DNA from: Deltaproteobacteria bacterium
Lineage (GTDB): Bacteria; Desulfobacterota_D; UBA1144; Nemesobacterales; CSP1-2
NCBI GenBank assembly: GCA_052390235.1
Contig: JBQTHB010000006.1
Location: 195,579-259,578 of the forward strand
Direction: 5' to 3'
Length of the DNA stretch: 64,000 nt
Part shown: in pieces, positions 40,487 through 50,545 of the stretch
Layout of the letters: each line of letters begins with the position of its first letter
How positions within the stretch are numbered: the first letter of the stretch is position 1
Translations under genes and position numbers: made by a program
Notes under the pieces: model-generated
Database searches by the model: none
What the model was told of the DNA's origin: nothing
What the model saw: the letters and a program-made list of their open reading frames with translations, nothing else

Positions 40487-41527
40487 TCACGGGAACACGG
40501 GCGGCATATCAATCCCCATGGATTCAGGAAATCCCATCATGAGGTTCATATTCTGCACAGCCTGACCGGACGCCCCTTTCACTAGGTTGTCGAGAACAGA
40601 AACCACGATTGCCGTCTTATTCTTCGGATTCGCCCGCAAGCCAATATCGCAGAAGTTCGCCCCTTTAACGTCTCCAGTGGCGGGAAACGTCTTCTCAGGG
40701 AGGATTCTCACGAACTTTTTGCCTTCATAAAACGACTCTAATATCGAGAGAAGCTCGGCTGAGGACGCCTCTTTGCGGAGTCTGAGGTAAATTGTCGAGA
40801 GTATGCCCCTATCCATCGGGATGAGATGGGGAGTGAAAATTACCCTCGCGCCGAGTCCAGAGAAATTGGAAAGCGCCTCTTCGATTTCAGGCGCGTGGCG
40901 GTGTTCCCCTATTTTATAAGCCTTGATTCCCTCGTTGACCTCGGAGAAATGAAGCCCAAGCTCAGGGGAGCGTCCCGCGCCGGATACGCCGGATTTTGAG
41001 TCAATTATGATGGAATCCTCTTCGATAAGCCCGCTGCGAAGGAGCGGCGCAAGGGGGAGAATTGAGGACGTTGGGTAGCAGCCGGGATTCGCCGTGAGTC
41101 TAGCCCGTTTAATCTGCTCTGGGTAAAGCTCGGATATTCCGTAAACTGCCTCTTCGAGGAGATACGGGCAGGGATGCTCCCCGTACCATTGTCTGTACGC
41201 GTCATGGCTTAGCCTAAAATCCGCCCCCAAATCTACGACCCTCTTGCCCATTGATAGAAGCTCCGCCGCCGCCCCTGCCGACGCGCCGTGGGGAAGGGCA
41301 ATAAAAACGAAGTCTATATCGCCGGGGATGTCTCTGATAGCGAGCGGCTCAAGTTTCAAGTCGTAAAGCCCGCGAAGGTGCGGCAGAACCTCCGAGATAC
41401 GCCTGCCCGCGTGCTTGTCAGCGGTCAAATAGGCGACCTCAACGCCGGGGTGAACGTAGAGAAACCGAAGCAGGTCGCTTCCCGTGTATCCGCTTGCTCC
41501 GAGGACGGCAACTTTTATCTTTTTCAT
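40487..41527 (-). CDS. argC: N-acetyl-gamma-glutamyl-phosphate reductase
   Basis: 346 aa with the NAD-binding VAVLGASGYTG motif and the active-site GCYPT motif. Confidence 0.92.
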   Translation of the reverse strand: MKKIKVAVLGASGYTGSDLLRFLYVHPGVEVAYLTADKHAGRRISEVLPHLRGLYDLKLEPLAIRDIPGDIDFVFIALPHGASAGAAAELLSMGKRVVDLGADFRLSHDAYRQWYGEHPCPYLLEEAVYGISELYPEQIKRARLTANPGCYPTSSILPLAPLLRSGLIEEDSIIIDSKSGVSGAGRSPELGLHFSEVNEGIKAYKIGEHRHAPEIEEALSNFSGLGARVIFTPHLIPMDRGILSTIYLRLRKEASSAELLSILESFYEGKKFVRILPEKTFPATGDVKGANFCDIGLRANPKNKTAIVVSVLDNLVKGASGQAVQNMNLMMGFPESMGIDMPPVFP

Positions 41528-41598
41528 GGCAGATGAAAATATACGACGCGCGCGGGAAATTCAAGTTTTATGGGCTCGCTGTAAATGCGCCGGCAGTC

Positions 41599-41627
41599 TT
41601 GACTACCATCGGTCTCAGAGGTAATTT
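41599..41627 (+). promoter_or_regulatory. Candidate sigma70 promoter for gap-pgk-fbaB
   Basis: TTGACT at 41599-41604, a 17-nt spacer, and TAATTT at 41622-41627. It lies ~55 nt upstream of the gap ATG. Confidence 0.3.
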
Positions 41628-41681
41628 AAATTGCCAATTAACTGGGATTTAACAGAGAATTAACCGCACCGGAGGAATTGA

Positions 41682-42689
41682 ATGTCAATTAAAGTGGGAA
41701 TAAACGGATTCGGGAGAATCGGACGGCACGTTCTTAGAATCGGCCTCACCAAAGGGGATTTGGAATTTGTAGGAATAAACGACGTTACCGACGCGCAGAC
41801 GCTCGCGCATCTATTCAAATACGACTCTGTTTTTGGCCCATACAAGGGCGAGGTCGCATCCGAAAACGGGCATATCGTGGTTAATGGGAAACCTATCAGG
41901 GTGTTCTCCGAGAGAGACCCGGCTAAAATCCCCTGGTCTGAGGCGGGGGCAAACGTCGTCGTCGAGTCAACCGGACTTTTCATCTCTCAGGAAGCGGCGT
42001 CGCTTCACCGCAGGGGATCCGTAAAAAAGGTAATCATCACCGCGCCCTCCAAGGGAGACGTTGACCTCACGGCGGTATTCGGCGTAAACCACAGAGACTA
42101 CGACGCAGAAAAGCACAATATCCTGTCGAACGCCTCCTGCACCACGAACTGCTTCGCCATAATGGTAAAAGTTCTCCACGATAACTTCGGCATCAAGCGG
42201 GGCGAGATGTCCACGATTCACTCCTATACAAATGACCAGCGTATCCTCGATGGCCCGCACAAGGACCTAAGACGGGCGCGCTCGGCGGCTCTGTCCATCA
42301 TCCCCACAAGCACGGGGGCGGCAAAGGCGATAGAACTCATATTCCCATCGCTCAAGGGCAAGCTCAGCGCCATAGCGATGAGAGTACCCACGGCGGATGT
42401 GTCGGTGGTGGATTTCTCCTGCGAGGTGGAAAAGACGACGAGCGCCGAAGAGGTAAACCAGAGATTTAAAGAAGCTGCGGCAGAAGGGCTTAGGGGTTAT
42501 CTGCGCTACACCGACGAAGAGCTCGTGTCGGCGGATTTCATCGGCGACTCGCACTCAGCTATTTTCGACGCCCCGCTCACTTCGGTCGTCGAGGGAAACC
42601 TGGTGAAGGTCATCGGCTGGTACGACAATGAATACGGCTACTCGTCGAGGGTGGTGGACTTAATCAAGCTCATAGGAGATACACTCTAA
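41682..42689 (+). CDS. gap: Glyceraldehyde-3-phosphate dehydrogenase
   Basis: 335 aa containing INGFGRIGR, the ASCTTNC active site and a WYDNEYGYS motif. Confidence 0.95.
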   Translation: MSIKVGINGFGRIGRHVLRIGLTKGDLEFVGINDVTDAQTLAHLFKYDSVFGPYKGEVASENGHIVVNGKPIRVFSERDPAKIPWSEAGANVVVESTGLFISQEAASLHRRGSVKKVIITAPSKGDVDLTAVFGVNHRDYDAEKHNILSNASCTTNCFAIMVKVLHDNFGIKRGEMSTIHSYTNDQRILDGPHKDLRRARSAALSIIPTSTGAAKAIELIFPSLKGKLSAIAMRVPTADVSVVDFSCEVEKTTSAEEVNQRFKEAAAEGLRGYLRYTDEELVSADFIGDSHSAIFDAPLTSVVEGNLVKVIGWYDNEYGYSSRVVDLIKLIGDTL

Positions 42690-43886
42690 ATGGCAAAAAT
42701 GGTGATTTCCGACCTAGCAGACGGCGATTTTAGCCGGAAGAGGGTTTTCGTCAGGGTTGATTTCAATGTCCCCATTCGGGACGGCGTTATTAGCGAGGAC
42801 TACAGGATTAGAAGGTCAATACCGACTATTGATTTCCTCGTGGAGAGGGGAGCGAAAATCATTCTCGCATCTCATCTGGGCAGGCCCAAGGGCAGGGTAA
42901 CGCTCGATTTGTCCCTTAGAGCCGTGGCGGCGCGGATTTCCGAGCTATTGGGGAAACCCGTAAAATTTTCCGCCGGAAAGGTCGTGGGAAGCGAGGTGCG
43001 CGCCGAGGTGGATAGACTCAAGCCCGGCGAAGTGATGATGCTCGACAACCTGCGATTTCATAAGGAAGAGACCGACAACGATTCCGAATTTTCTGGGGAA
43101 CTCGCCTCGCTCGCGGATATTTATGTCAACGACGCCTTCGGCACATCGCACAGGAAACACGCCTCCACATACGGCATGGCTACGCATTTTAATTTAAAAC
43201 TCGCCGGCTTTCTCGTTCATCGCGAGCTTAGATTCCTCAGTAAAATCCGGGACAACCCCGAACACCCCTTCGTGGTCATAGTCGGCGGGGCAAAGATTAA
43301 AGACAAAATCAGCGCGCTCAAAAACCTCATCGAAAAAGCAGACAAGGTCTTAATAGGCGGAGGCGTTGCCTACACGTTCCTCAAAGCCAAAGGGGTCAGC
43401 ATCGGAAGCTCCATAAGGGAGAACGAGATGCTTGAGTGGGCGGGCTGGGCGCTCAGTAAGTACAAGGAGAAGATTTTTCTCCCCCTCGACCACGTAGTCG
43501 CCGAGAATTTCGAGAGAAAGACCTGCATGGTCGTGGACAGCGAGATACCCGACGAGTATCAGGGGTTTGACATCGGGCCCAAAACCGTAGCCAAATATGC
43601 CTCTCATCTCCAGAGGACGGGGACGATTTTCTGGAACGGGCCCATGGGGGTTTTCGAGACCGATAACTTTGCGGCAGGAACCACTCACCTAGCCCGCGCC
43701 GTCGCCCTTGCCACATGGCGAGGCTCAGCGACCGTCATCGGAGGCGGGGAAACCATTGCCGCCATTAGAAAAGCCGAGGTGCTGGACTCAGAAATTGTCC
43801 ATATCTCAACGGGCGGAGGGGCGTCGCTTGAATTTCTGGGCGGCGAGGAACTCCCCGGAATCTCTATACTCAGCGATACCAAATAG
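42690..43886 (+). CDS. pgk: Phosphoglycerate kinase
   Basis: 398 aa. It contains the VRVDFNVP and ASHLGRPKG motifs and the hinge/ATP motifs. It starts 1 nt after the gap stop. Confidence 0.95.
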   Translation: MAKMVISDLADGDFSRKRVFVRVDFNVPIRDGVISEDYRIRRSIPTIDFLVERGAKIILASHLGRPKGRVTLDLSLRAVAARISELLGKPVKFSAGKVVGSEVRAEVDRLKPGEVMMLDNLRFHKEETDNDSEFSGELASLADIYVNDAFGTSHRKHASTYGMATHFNLKLAGFLVHRELRFLSKIRDNPEHPFVVIVGGAKIKDKISALKNLIEKADKVLIGGGVAYTFLKAKGVSIGSSIRENEMLEWAGWALSKYKEKIFLPLDHVVAENFERKTCMVVDSEIPDEYQGFDIGPKTVAKYASHLQRTGTIFWNGPMGVFETDNFAAGTTHLARAVALATWRGSATVIGGGETIAAIRKAEVLDSEIVHISTGGGASLEFLGGEELPGISILSDTK

Positions 43887-43943
43887 GCTGGCGAAACTGG
43901 AGAATTAAAAATCCCGAGAAAACATCCTAAAGGAGGCAGAGAA

Positions 43944-45023
43944 ATGGAAGTAGCATCAAGCGCGCCGTCGGGGCTTGAGGGAGTGATTCGGGTACTGGGA
44001 GACGAAGCGGGCTATCTGCTGAACCACACCTGCAAGACCGTATCGAAAGAGCATCTCATACTGCCTAGCCCCACGTTTGTCGAGGACGTGATGATGCTGA
44101 CCGACAGACACCCCGCTGTGCTTCGCAATATGCAGACCCTCTTTAACTCCGGGCGGCTCGGCGGCTCGGGGTATCTGTCCATTTTACCCGTTGACCAAGG
44201 AATCGAGCATTCGGCGGGAGCATCATTCGCCCCGAACCCGATTTATTTCGACCCTGAGAATATAGTAAAACTCGCCATCGAGGGCGGATGCAACGCCGTA
44301 GCCTCGACCCTCGGCGCGCTCGGCTCGGTATCCAGAAAATATGCTCACAAAATCCCCTTTATCGTCAAAATCAACCATAACGAACTGCTCACCTACCCCA
44401 ATAAGCACGACCAAATCCTATTTGCCAATGTGGAGCAGGCATTTGACATGGGCGCGTTGGCAGTGGGGGCTACAATTTATTTCGGTTCAGACGAGAGCGC
44501 GCGCCAGATTCAAGAGGTATCCGAGGCGTTTCGGCACGCTCACTCTATGGGCTTAGTTACGATACTTTGGGCGTATCTGAGAAATCCGGCGTTTAAAGCG
44601 GGGGATGTGGACTATCACCTTGCGGCGGACCTGACCGGTCAGGCAAATCACCTCAGCGCCACTATTGAAGCCGACATCGTAAAGCAGAAACAAGCCGAGA
44701 GCAACGGCGGCTTTAAAGCCCTCAAATTCGGCAAGACAGACGAGCGGGTTTATAGGGAACTCTCATCAGACCACCCAATAGACCTCGCGCGCTACCAAGT
44801 TGTAAACTGCTTCATGGGCAGAGCCGGTCTAATCAACTCCGGCGGCGCGTCCGGCAGAAACGACATCCAAGAGGCGGTGCGCACGGCTATTATCAACAAG
44901 AGGGCTGGGGGAATGGGACTCATCTCAGGCAGAAAATCCTTCCAAAAGCCGATGAGCGAAGGAGTCGCCCTCCTCAACGCCATTCAAGATGTATATCTCA
45001 ACGCAGAGATAACCATCGCCTAG
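43944..45023 (+). CDS. fbaB: Class I fructose-bisphosphate aldolase (DhnA/FbaB type)
   Basis: 359 aa that are near-collinear with E. coli FbaB along the full length. Matching segments include [37 protein letters not shown] and [11 protein letters not shown]. Confidence 0.9.
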   Translation: MEVASSAPSGLEGVIRVLGDEAGYLLNHTCKTVSKEHLILPSPTFVEDVMMLTDRHPAVLRNMQTLFNSGRLGGSGYLSILPVDQGIEHSAGASFAPNPIYFDPENIVKLAIEGGCNAVASTLGALGSVSRKYAHKIPFIVKINHNELLTYPNKHDQILFANVEQAFDMGALAVGATIYFGSDESARQIQEVSEAFRHAHSMGLVTILWAYLRNPAFKAGDVDYHLAADLTGQANHLSATIEADIVKQKQAESNGGFKALKFGKTDERVYRELSSDHPIDLARYQVVNCFMGRAGLINSGGASGRNDIQEAVRTAIINKRAGGMGLISGRKSFQKPMSEGVALLNAIQDVYLNAEITIA

Positions 45024-45115
45024 TTTTAGTTTATTCTCCGCGCATATTGAGATTTGTGGATAGCGCGGCGGGGGGGTAATCACCCCTATTAATTAGGGTG
45101 ATTTCAATGCTGGGC

Positions 45116-45155
45116 AAAAAAAGGGGGGCAGGGCTTTTATGATTCCCCTACCCCG
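45116..45155 (-). terminator. Rho-independent terminator downstream of cysC
   Basis: Read on the minus strand it is GGGGTAGGG-gaatcataaaag-CCCTGCCCC followed by CCTTTTTTT, a 9-bp stem with one G-U pair. It lies ~30 nt after the cysC stop. Confidence 0.55.
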
Positions 45156-45185
45156 CTCAGCTTCGCATTAATTCGTGGACGCTTT

Positions 45186-45710
45186 CTATGAAATGTAGCT
45201 GAGCTTGCGCAAGGCGGCGATGATTTTCGCTAGGCTCTCCTCATGCGTTTCCTTGTGAGTTTCAACGACGACCTCTGGGGCTAGAGGCGGCTCATAGGGG
45301 TCTGAGACTCCGGTGAAATTTTTTATCTCGCCGGCGAGCGCTTTTTTATAGAGTCCTTTCACGTCGCGCCGCGCGCACTCTTCCAATGTACAGTCCACAT
45401 AGACCTCGACGAATCTGCCAATTTCGGCTCTAGCCTCCTCCCTCACGCCGCGATAGGGCGATATGGCGCAGGTAATAGCCGCCGCGCCGCACCTGGTGGC
45501 GATATTTGCAACATAGGAAATTCTGCGAATATTCTCATCGCGGTCTTCTTTGGAGAATCCAAGACCTTTGGAGAGCCTAAGCCTAATTTCATCTCCATCT
45601 AAAACCTCGATGTGAAGCCCCGTGTTCTCCAGTTCCTTCTCCAGCAATCTAGCCAGAGTCGTTTTTCCAGACCCTGAGAGTCCGGTAAACCAAACGGTAA
45701 ATCCCTTCAT
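45186..45710 (-). CDS. cysC: Adenylyl-sulfate (APS) kinase
   Basis: 174 aa with the P-loop motif GLSGSGKTT and the pattern LDGD...[11 protein letters not shown]. Confidence 0.9.
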   Translation of the reverse strand: MKGFTVWFTGLSGSGKTTLARLLEKELENTGLHIEVLDGDEIRLRLSKGLGFSKEDRDENIRRISYVANIATRCGAAAITCAISPYRGVREEARAEIGRFVEVYVDCTLEECARRDVKGLYKKALAGEIKNFTGVSDPYEPPLAPEVVVETHKETHEESLAKIIAALRKLSYIS

Positions 45711-45813
45711 TGCGATTTATCTCCTCTTGATTTGGTATTTGATTTCGATGCCTTGCCCGCGCCGCGGCGATGCAGCCCAGAGCGGGGTAATTATAGTACC
45801 CTCGGCGGGATAC

Positions 45814-46860
45814 TCAAGTTTGCGCCCTACCCGCCCAGCCCTGACCTCTCGAATATTTAGGGCGCGACGTAGAGCGGGAGGTCAACCCGAAGTCTGAGCG
45901 CTCCCCCTTTTTTAGCCTCTGGTAGCCGAGCGCGGCGACCATTGCGGCGTTATCCGTGCAGTATTTGGGCGAAGGAATAAATAGCGATATTCCCTCAGCG
46001 GAGAATCTCTCATTGGCGAGCGCCCTCAGACGAGAGTTGCAGGCAACCCCGCCGGCGATGACAACAGCCCTGACCCCGCTCTGCTTAGCGGCCCAGAGGG
46101 TTTTCTCCACAAGGGTTTCGGCTATCGCCTCCTGAAACCCGGCGCAGACGTGCCTCAGATGCTCGGCGCCTGAGAGGGGGCGCTTTTTGAGGTAATAGAC
46201 GAGCGCGGTCTTTACGCCGCTGAAGCTAAAATCATGGGTTTTTGAATTCATAAACGGGCGCGGGAAATGGATTTGGGCGGGGTCTCCCTCTCTGGCGAGC
46301 CTGTCAATCTCGACCCCTCCCGGATAGCCAAGCCCTAGGAGCTTTGCCCCTTTGTCGAAAGCCTCCCCGGCGGCGTCGTCTCTAGTTCTTCCGATAAGCT
46401 CAAATTCCGTATGGCTTGACACCAAATACAGGCTCGTGTGTCCGCCCGAGACGACGAGTCCCAAATACGGAAACGGCACATCAAACTCAAGCGAGCTTAC
46501 GGCAAGGTGGGATTCGAGATGATCCACTCCGATAAACGGCGCCCCGATGGAGTAGGCAAGGGCCTTTGCCGTTGCCACACCGACCATGAGACAGCCGATG
46601 AGTCCGGGGCCGCTGGCTACGGCGACTCCTTCGACTTGCGAGAACCCCACGCCTGCCGTCTGCAGAGCCTCCCGCAGAACGAGCGAAATGCACTCGATGT
46701 GTTTTCTTGAGGCGATTTCGGGAACTACCCCTCCGAACTCGCGGTGAACGGCGATTTGCGAAGCCACTACCGAGGATAGAGCCAGGGCTCCGTCCTTAAC
46801 CACGGCGGCGGCGGTCTCGTCGCAGGAGGATTCTAATCCAAGCACAAGCGATGATGGCAT
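45814..46860 (-). CDS. tsaD: tRNA N6-adenosine threonylcarbamoyltransferase
   Basis: Kae1/YgjD family. The start is chosen at MPSSLVLGLESSCDET within the ORF that extends to 46896. The protein carries H-x-x-H metal motifs (VDHLESHL). Confidence 0.9.
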   Translation of the reverse strand: MPSSLVLGLESSCDETAAAVVKDGALALSSVVASQIAVHREFGGVVPEIASRKHIECISLVLREALQTAGVGFSQVEGVAVASGPGLIGCLMVGVATAKALAYSIGAPFIGVDHLESHLAVSSLEFDVPFPYLGLVVSGGHTSLYLVSSHTEFELIGRTRDDAAGEAFDKGAKLLGLGYPGGVEIDRLAREGDPAQIHFPRPFMNSKTHDFSFSGVKTALVYYLKKRPLSGAEHLRHVCAGFQEAIAETLVEKTLWAAKQSGVRAVVIAGGVACNSRLRALANERFSAEGISLFIPSPKYCTDNAAMVAALGYQRLKKGERSDFGLTSRSTSRPKYSRGQGWAGRAQT

Positions 46861-46945
46861 GAGCGGATATTCTACAGCATCGCCGCGGGTGTACAAGCGC
46901 GCGAGTAGCCCAGAGCCCTGATATTCGATATAAATATAGAAATTT

Positions 46946-47003
46946 GAGCCGCCGAATTGTAAAATAAATGCGGAGACTCTGCTAATATTTTACAATTCGG
47001 CTC
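46946..47003. repeat. Inverted repeat of 16 bp (GCCGAATTGTAAAATA / TATTTTACAATTCGGC) with a 19-nt spacer, in the tsaD / lytic-transglycosylase intergenic region
   Basis: The arms at 46951-46966 and 46986-47001 are perfectly complementary. They are flanked by GAGCC/GGCTC partial extensions. Confidence 0.7.
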
Positions 47004-47047
47004 AGATTAAGTATCCTCACCCTAAGATTCACCGCGAGTAAAGTGCC

Positions 47048-47908
47048 ATGAAAATATCCATAGCCTCTGCGCTAATTATCTTCTCATCCCTTTTCGCCGC
47101 CTATTTAACCCCTGCCCTAGGGGAGGAAACCCCAAGTTCCGCCCTCTCAGAGCCAATTAACGCAAAGATTCTAATATCGGATTTGGCGAGAACCGACCTC
47201 AACCTCGCCCTTCTCGGCACTATGAATCGCGGGGGAGCGGGCAAGGCAATCCTCAAAAACCTCAATTCTGGCATACTCAGAATCTACGGCGAGGGCGAGA
47301 CGATAGACATCGTTTCCGAGGAGACCGTAACGCTCGTGCGCACCGACGACTGCCTAGCCATCATCGAGCGCCGAGGCAGATATGAAACCTTGGGGTGCGA
47401 CGGCGGCACATTTAACGGCGCTGTGGCGTCTTATAAAATCCCAACCCCGCTTGCAAAGTACAAAATCACCCAAGCCCCCGCAAAGCCGAAACAGCCCAAA
47501 GCCGTGAAATTAAAATCCGATTATGATAAGGAAATCGCCCTTGCAAGCGAGAAGCACGGGGTTGACCGCTATCTGGTCAAGGCCGTAATAAAGGCTGAGT
47601 CCAATTTCAATCCCGACGCGGTCTCGCCCAAAAACGCCCAAGGCATTATGCAACTCATGCCAGAGACGTCCAAAGACTACGGCGTGGAAGACCCGTTCAA
47701 CCCGATGGAAAACATAGACGGAGGCGTGAGACTGCTCCGAGACCTGATGTCTTATTTCAAAGGGGACTTGGGGCTTGCCCTAGCCGCATACAACGCAGGA
47801 AAAGGCACGGTTATAAAATATGGCAACAAAGTGCCTCCCTACCCGGAAACCGAGAACTATGTTAAAAAAGTAGAGGGCTATTACGATTTTCTCAGAAAAA
47901 ATAAGTAA
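47048..47908 (+). CDS. Lytic transglycosylase (SLT domain), secreted
   Basis: 286 aa with a signal peptide and the catalytic SLT motif AESNFNPDAVSPKNAQGIMQLMPET...AYNAG. Confidence 0.8.
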   Translation: MKISIASALIIFSSLFAAYLTPALGEETPSSALSEPINAKILISDLARTDLNLALLGTMNRGGAGKAILKNLNSGILRIYGEGETIDIVSEETVTLVRTDDCLAIIERRGRYETLGCDGGTFNGAVASYKIPTPLAKYKITQAPAKPKQPKAVKLKSDYDKEIALASEKHGVDRYLVKAVIKAESNFNPDAVSPKNAQGIMQLMPETSKDYGVEDPFNPMENIDGGVRLLRDLMSYFKGDLGLALAAYNAGKGTVIKYGNKVPPYPETENYVKKVEGYYDFLRKNK

Positions 47909-47998
47909 TCCGCCCGTTCCCGGAATATCCCCAAAGGTTCGCATTAAGCAAAATCCCCGCCTCTTGAATAAAACCGCGCTTCGGTCATAATCGGATTT

Positions 47999-48820
47999 AT
48001 GGAGCGGATTTGGGTTCTAATTCAGGCGAGCAGGCCCCTTGGGTGGCTAATTGCGCCTTTTGTGTTCTCGTTCGGCTTGGTTTATTCGGGGGCGGCGTTC
48101 TCAAAATTAGCCGTTTTGGAGCTGATTTTATTATCATTTCCATATTCGGTTCTGCTCTTTGGGATAAACGACATCTATGACTCGGAATCGGATGGGATAA
48201 ATCCGAGAAAAAAGCTACGCGCCCTGCCCCCGCGCTACCGCCCGCTCATTGCGCAGTCATCCCTTGCCGCATCGGCCCTGCTCATTTCAGCCTCGATAGC
48301 GACGCTAAACCCATCGAACCTCTTGGGCATGGCTCTAGCCCTGTTTATATCCTACTTTTATTCAGCCCCCCCGCTTAGATTAAAAGAGCGCCCCCCGCTC
48401 GATTCTATATCGAATGGAGCGGTGTTTTTCCTCATCTTCGCCGTTGGCCACAGCTTTGGCAAAGGGATTGGGGAAATACCGTGGAAGATATACTTTGTGG
48501 CAATGTGCGTGATGGGGATTCACGCGTTCAGCACGATTATGGACTCAGAGGCGGACAGGGCGGCAGGGCAGAGAACCTTTGCCGTCGCGCTTGGGGGAAG
48601 AGCGGCGGCGCTATTCGCGGCGGGGACGTTTATTGCCGCTTTAATTTATTCGGATATCGGCTCGGCGGTGATTAATTACTATTTTCTCTACTGCGCTCTG
48701 CTGTTTGCGGCGGCGGCTTTTAATCCAACCCAGAGGCGGGCGGGGGCTATATTTAAGCTCGTATTCGCGGGATTCGTCGCCACTGCCATCGCATTTTTAA
48801 TGACTTATAAGCGGCATTAA
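47999..48820 (+). CDS. UbiA-family prenyltransferase
   Basis: 273 aa polytopic membrane protein with the NDIYDSESD (NDxxDxxxD) prenyl-diphosphate binding motif. Confidence 0.7.
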   Translation: MERIWVLIQASRPLGWLIAPFVFSFGLVYSGAAFSKLAVLELILLSFPYSVLLFGINDIYDSESDGINPRKKLRALPPRYRPLIAQSSLAASALLISASIATLNPSNLLGMALALFISYFYSAPPLRLKERPPLDSISNGAVFFLIFAVGHSFGKGIGEIPWKIYFVAMCVMGIHAFSTIMDSEADRAAGQRTFAVALGGRAAALFAAGTFIAALIYSDIGSAVINYYFLYCALLFAAAAFNPTQRRAGAIFKLVFAGFVATAIAFLMTYKRH

Positions 48821-49005
48821 TCAAATTTAAGTAATTATATTAATTTTTCCTATTTTCCTATTGCATTTTCCTCTCGGATTAGGCATTATCAGGGAGGTTA
48901 TTTCATAGCTCCATGGAATCTCGCGGAGGCAATATCGAAGTAAATCAACCAACCCGTACTTTTATTTCATAATAAATTAAGCAAAATCACCTGAGGGGGT
49001 GCAGA

Positions 49006-49836
49006 ATGCAAGACGAACATATGACTTTTTTAATGGTCGTTCCGAGGAGGAGCGGCGTAAGGTCGGTCAACTTGAAATTTTCTCATATTAAAATGGCGGC
49101 AGGTGGGTTAGCCGCTTTTGTTTTATTGGTTTTCTGCTTTTTTATCTATACCTTCAGCGTATATAGAGACGCAACCGATAAAGCCGGCTCGGTTAATCAC
49201 CTCAAAAGCCAGATAAACGCCCTAAATACAAACCTCAATACCAACGAAGCGCAAAAACAAGACCTCAGAGAGCGATTCGAGGAAATCGAGGGGAAACTGC
49301 TCGAAATGCAGGAATTACTCGATAAAAAAGGCATCAAAAACGACCTATCCGTCGGAGGCGAATTCATCCCGGCAGATAAGGCAACCTCCACATACCTAGA
49401 CATTATGGAAAAAGACATAAGATCACTTTTTGAAGCCGTGCAAACCCTGCCTATTGGAAGACCAATGCCCGGCGAGATAAACTCCGGCTTCGGCAACAGA
49501 ACCGACCCGTTTAACTCAAAACCCGCCTTCCACTCTGGCATAGATATTGAGGCAAAACTCGGAGACCCGATAATTTCCACCGCGGACGGCGTTGTGGCGC
49601 AGGCAGGCAACTACGCTAGATACGGGGAAACTGTCATTGTGAAGCATAAAATCGGATATAAAACCCTCTACGGGCATTTATCCAAAGTAGGCGTAAAAGT
49701 GGGAGAGAGGGTTAAATCCGGCGATGTCATCGGATACGCCGGCTCCACGGGACGCTCAACAGGCGTACACCTCCACTATGAAGTCATCTTAAACGGCAAA
49801 GCTGTTGACCCAATGAAATATTTATCCCTGAGGTAA
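49006..49836 (+). CDS. M23-family (LytM-domain) peptidoglycan endopeptidase
   Basis: 276 aa with an N-terminal TM and coiled coil. The LytM motifs are HSGIDI, GYAGSTGRSTGVHLHYEV and GHLS. Confidence 0.85.
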   Translation: MQDEHMTFLMVVPRRSGVRSVNLKFSHIKMAAGGLAAFVLLVFCFFIYTFSVYRDATDKAGSVNHLKSQINALNTNLNTNEAQKQDLRERFEEIEGKLLEMQELLDKKGIKNDLSVGGEFIPADKATSTYLDIMEKDIRSLFEAVQTLPIGRPMPGEINSGFGNRTDPFNSKPAFHSGIDIEAKLGDPIISTADGVVAQAGNYARYGETVIVKHKIGYKTLYGHLSKVGVKVGERVKSGDVIGYAGSTGRSTGVHLHYEVILNGKAVDPMKYLSLR

Positions 49837-49842
49837 AACGCT

Positions 49843-50304
49843 ATGTTTGGAAGAAACAAAGACAAAAAGCAACTCGGACTCAAACCCAAGGAAGTAACCA
49901 CGCTCATAGGCGAGGGGAGCATTGTCGAAGGGGATATAAGCTGTCCCCTGTCCATAAGGCTCGATGGCCACGTTAAGGGAAACGTTAAGGCTAAGGGAAG
50001 CGTCATAGTCGGGGAAAAGTCGGTTGTAACGGGCATAGTGAAAGCCATTGAAGTTATGGTCTATGGTAAGGTGGAAGGGGGAGTCGAGGCGCAGAGGCTT
50101 GAGATAAAAAAATACGCCACTGTATCGGGAGACGTCATCACGAGGCATCTGACAATAGAAGAAGACGGCTTCTTCAACGGCAGATGTATAATGGAGAGGT
50201 CTTCCGAGAGATACGCCGAGAGAATAGCCGGCTACGAAAGCGTCTCGGTGGAAACAAAGCCCGCTCAGGGCGAGCTTGAAGCAAAGAATCAGGAACACAT
50301 CTAA
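49843..50304 (+). CDS. Bactofilin (CcmA-like polymer-forming cytoskeletal protein)
   Basis: 153 aa with beta-helical bactofilin repeats (GSIVEGDIS...GHVKGNVKAKGSVIVGEKSVVTG...GKVEGGVEA). It lies 7 nt after the M23 peptidase gene. Confidence 0.85.
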   Translation: MFGRNKDKKQLGLKPKEVTTLIGEGSIVEGDISCPLSIRLDGHVKGNVKAKGSVIVGEKSVVTGIVKAIEVMVYGKVEGGVEAQRLEIKKYATVSGDVITRHLTIEEDGFFNGRCIMERSSERYAERIAGYESVSVETKPAQGELEAKNQEHI

Positions 50305-50376
50305 TCTCTTGATATGCGGGCCCGGCTGCGAATAAAATTCCGCAAACGGCTCGGAGGAGGCGGCGGCTATGCCATC

Positions 50377-50422
50377 CAAGAAAAATGAAAAGCGGGAACA
50401 TCTGTTATTTCGACATTCCCGC
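50377..50422 (-). terminator. Rho-independent terminator downstream of coaBC (hairpin also positioned after bactofilin on the plus strand)
   Basis: Read on the minus strand it is GCGGGAA-tgtcgaaataacagatg-TTCCCGC followed by TTTTCATTTTTCTT. Confidence 0.45.
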
Positions 50423-50545
50423 TCTCATAAAGGAGGATGGAGGATGATTTTTATTAAGTCATCAGATTAATTACATAAGTAATAATAAAGTGATGCGCTT
50501 AAGTTGTCAAGGGAAATTTTTCTATTCCAAGAAATATGCGGTTTC

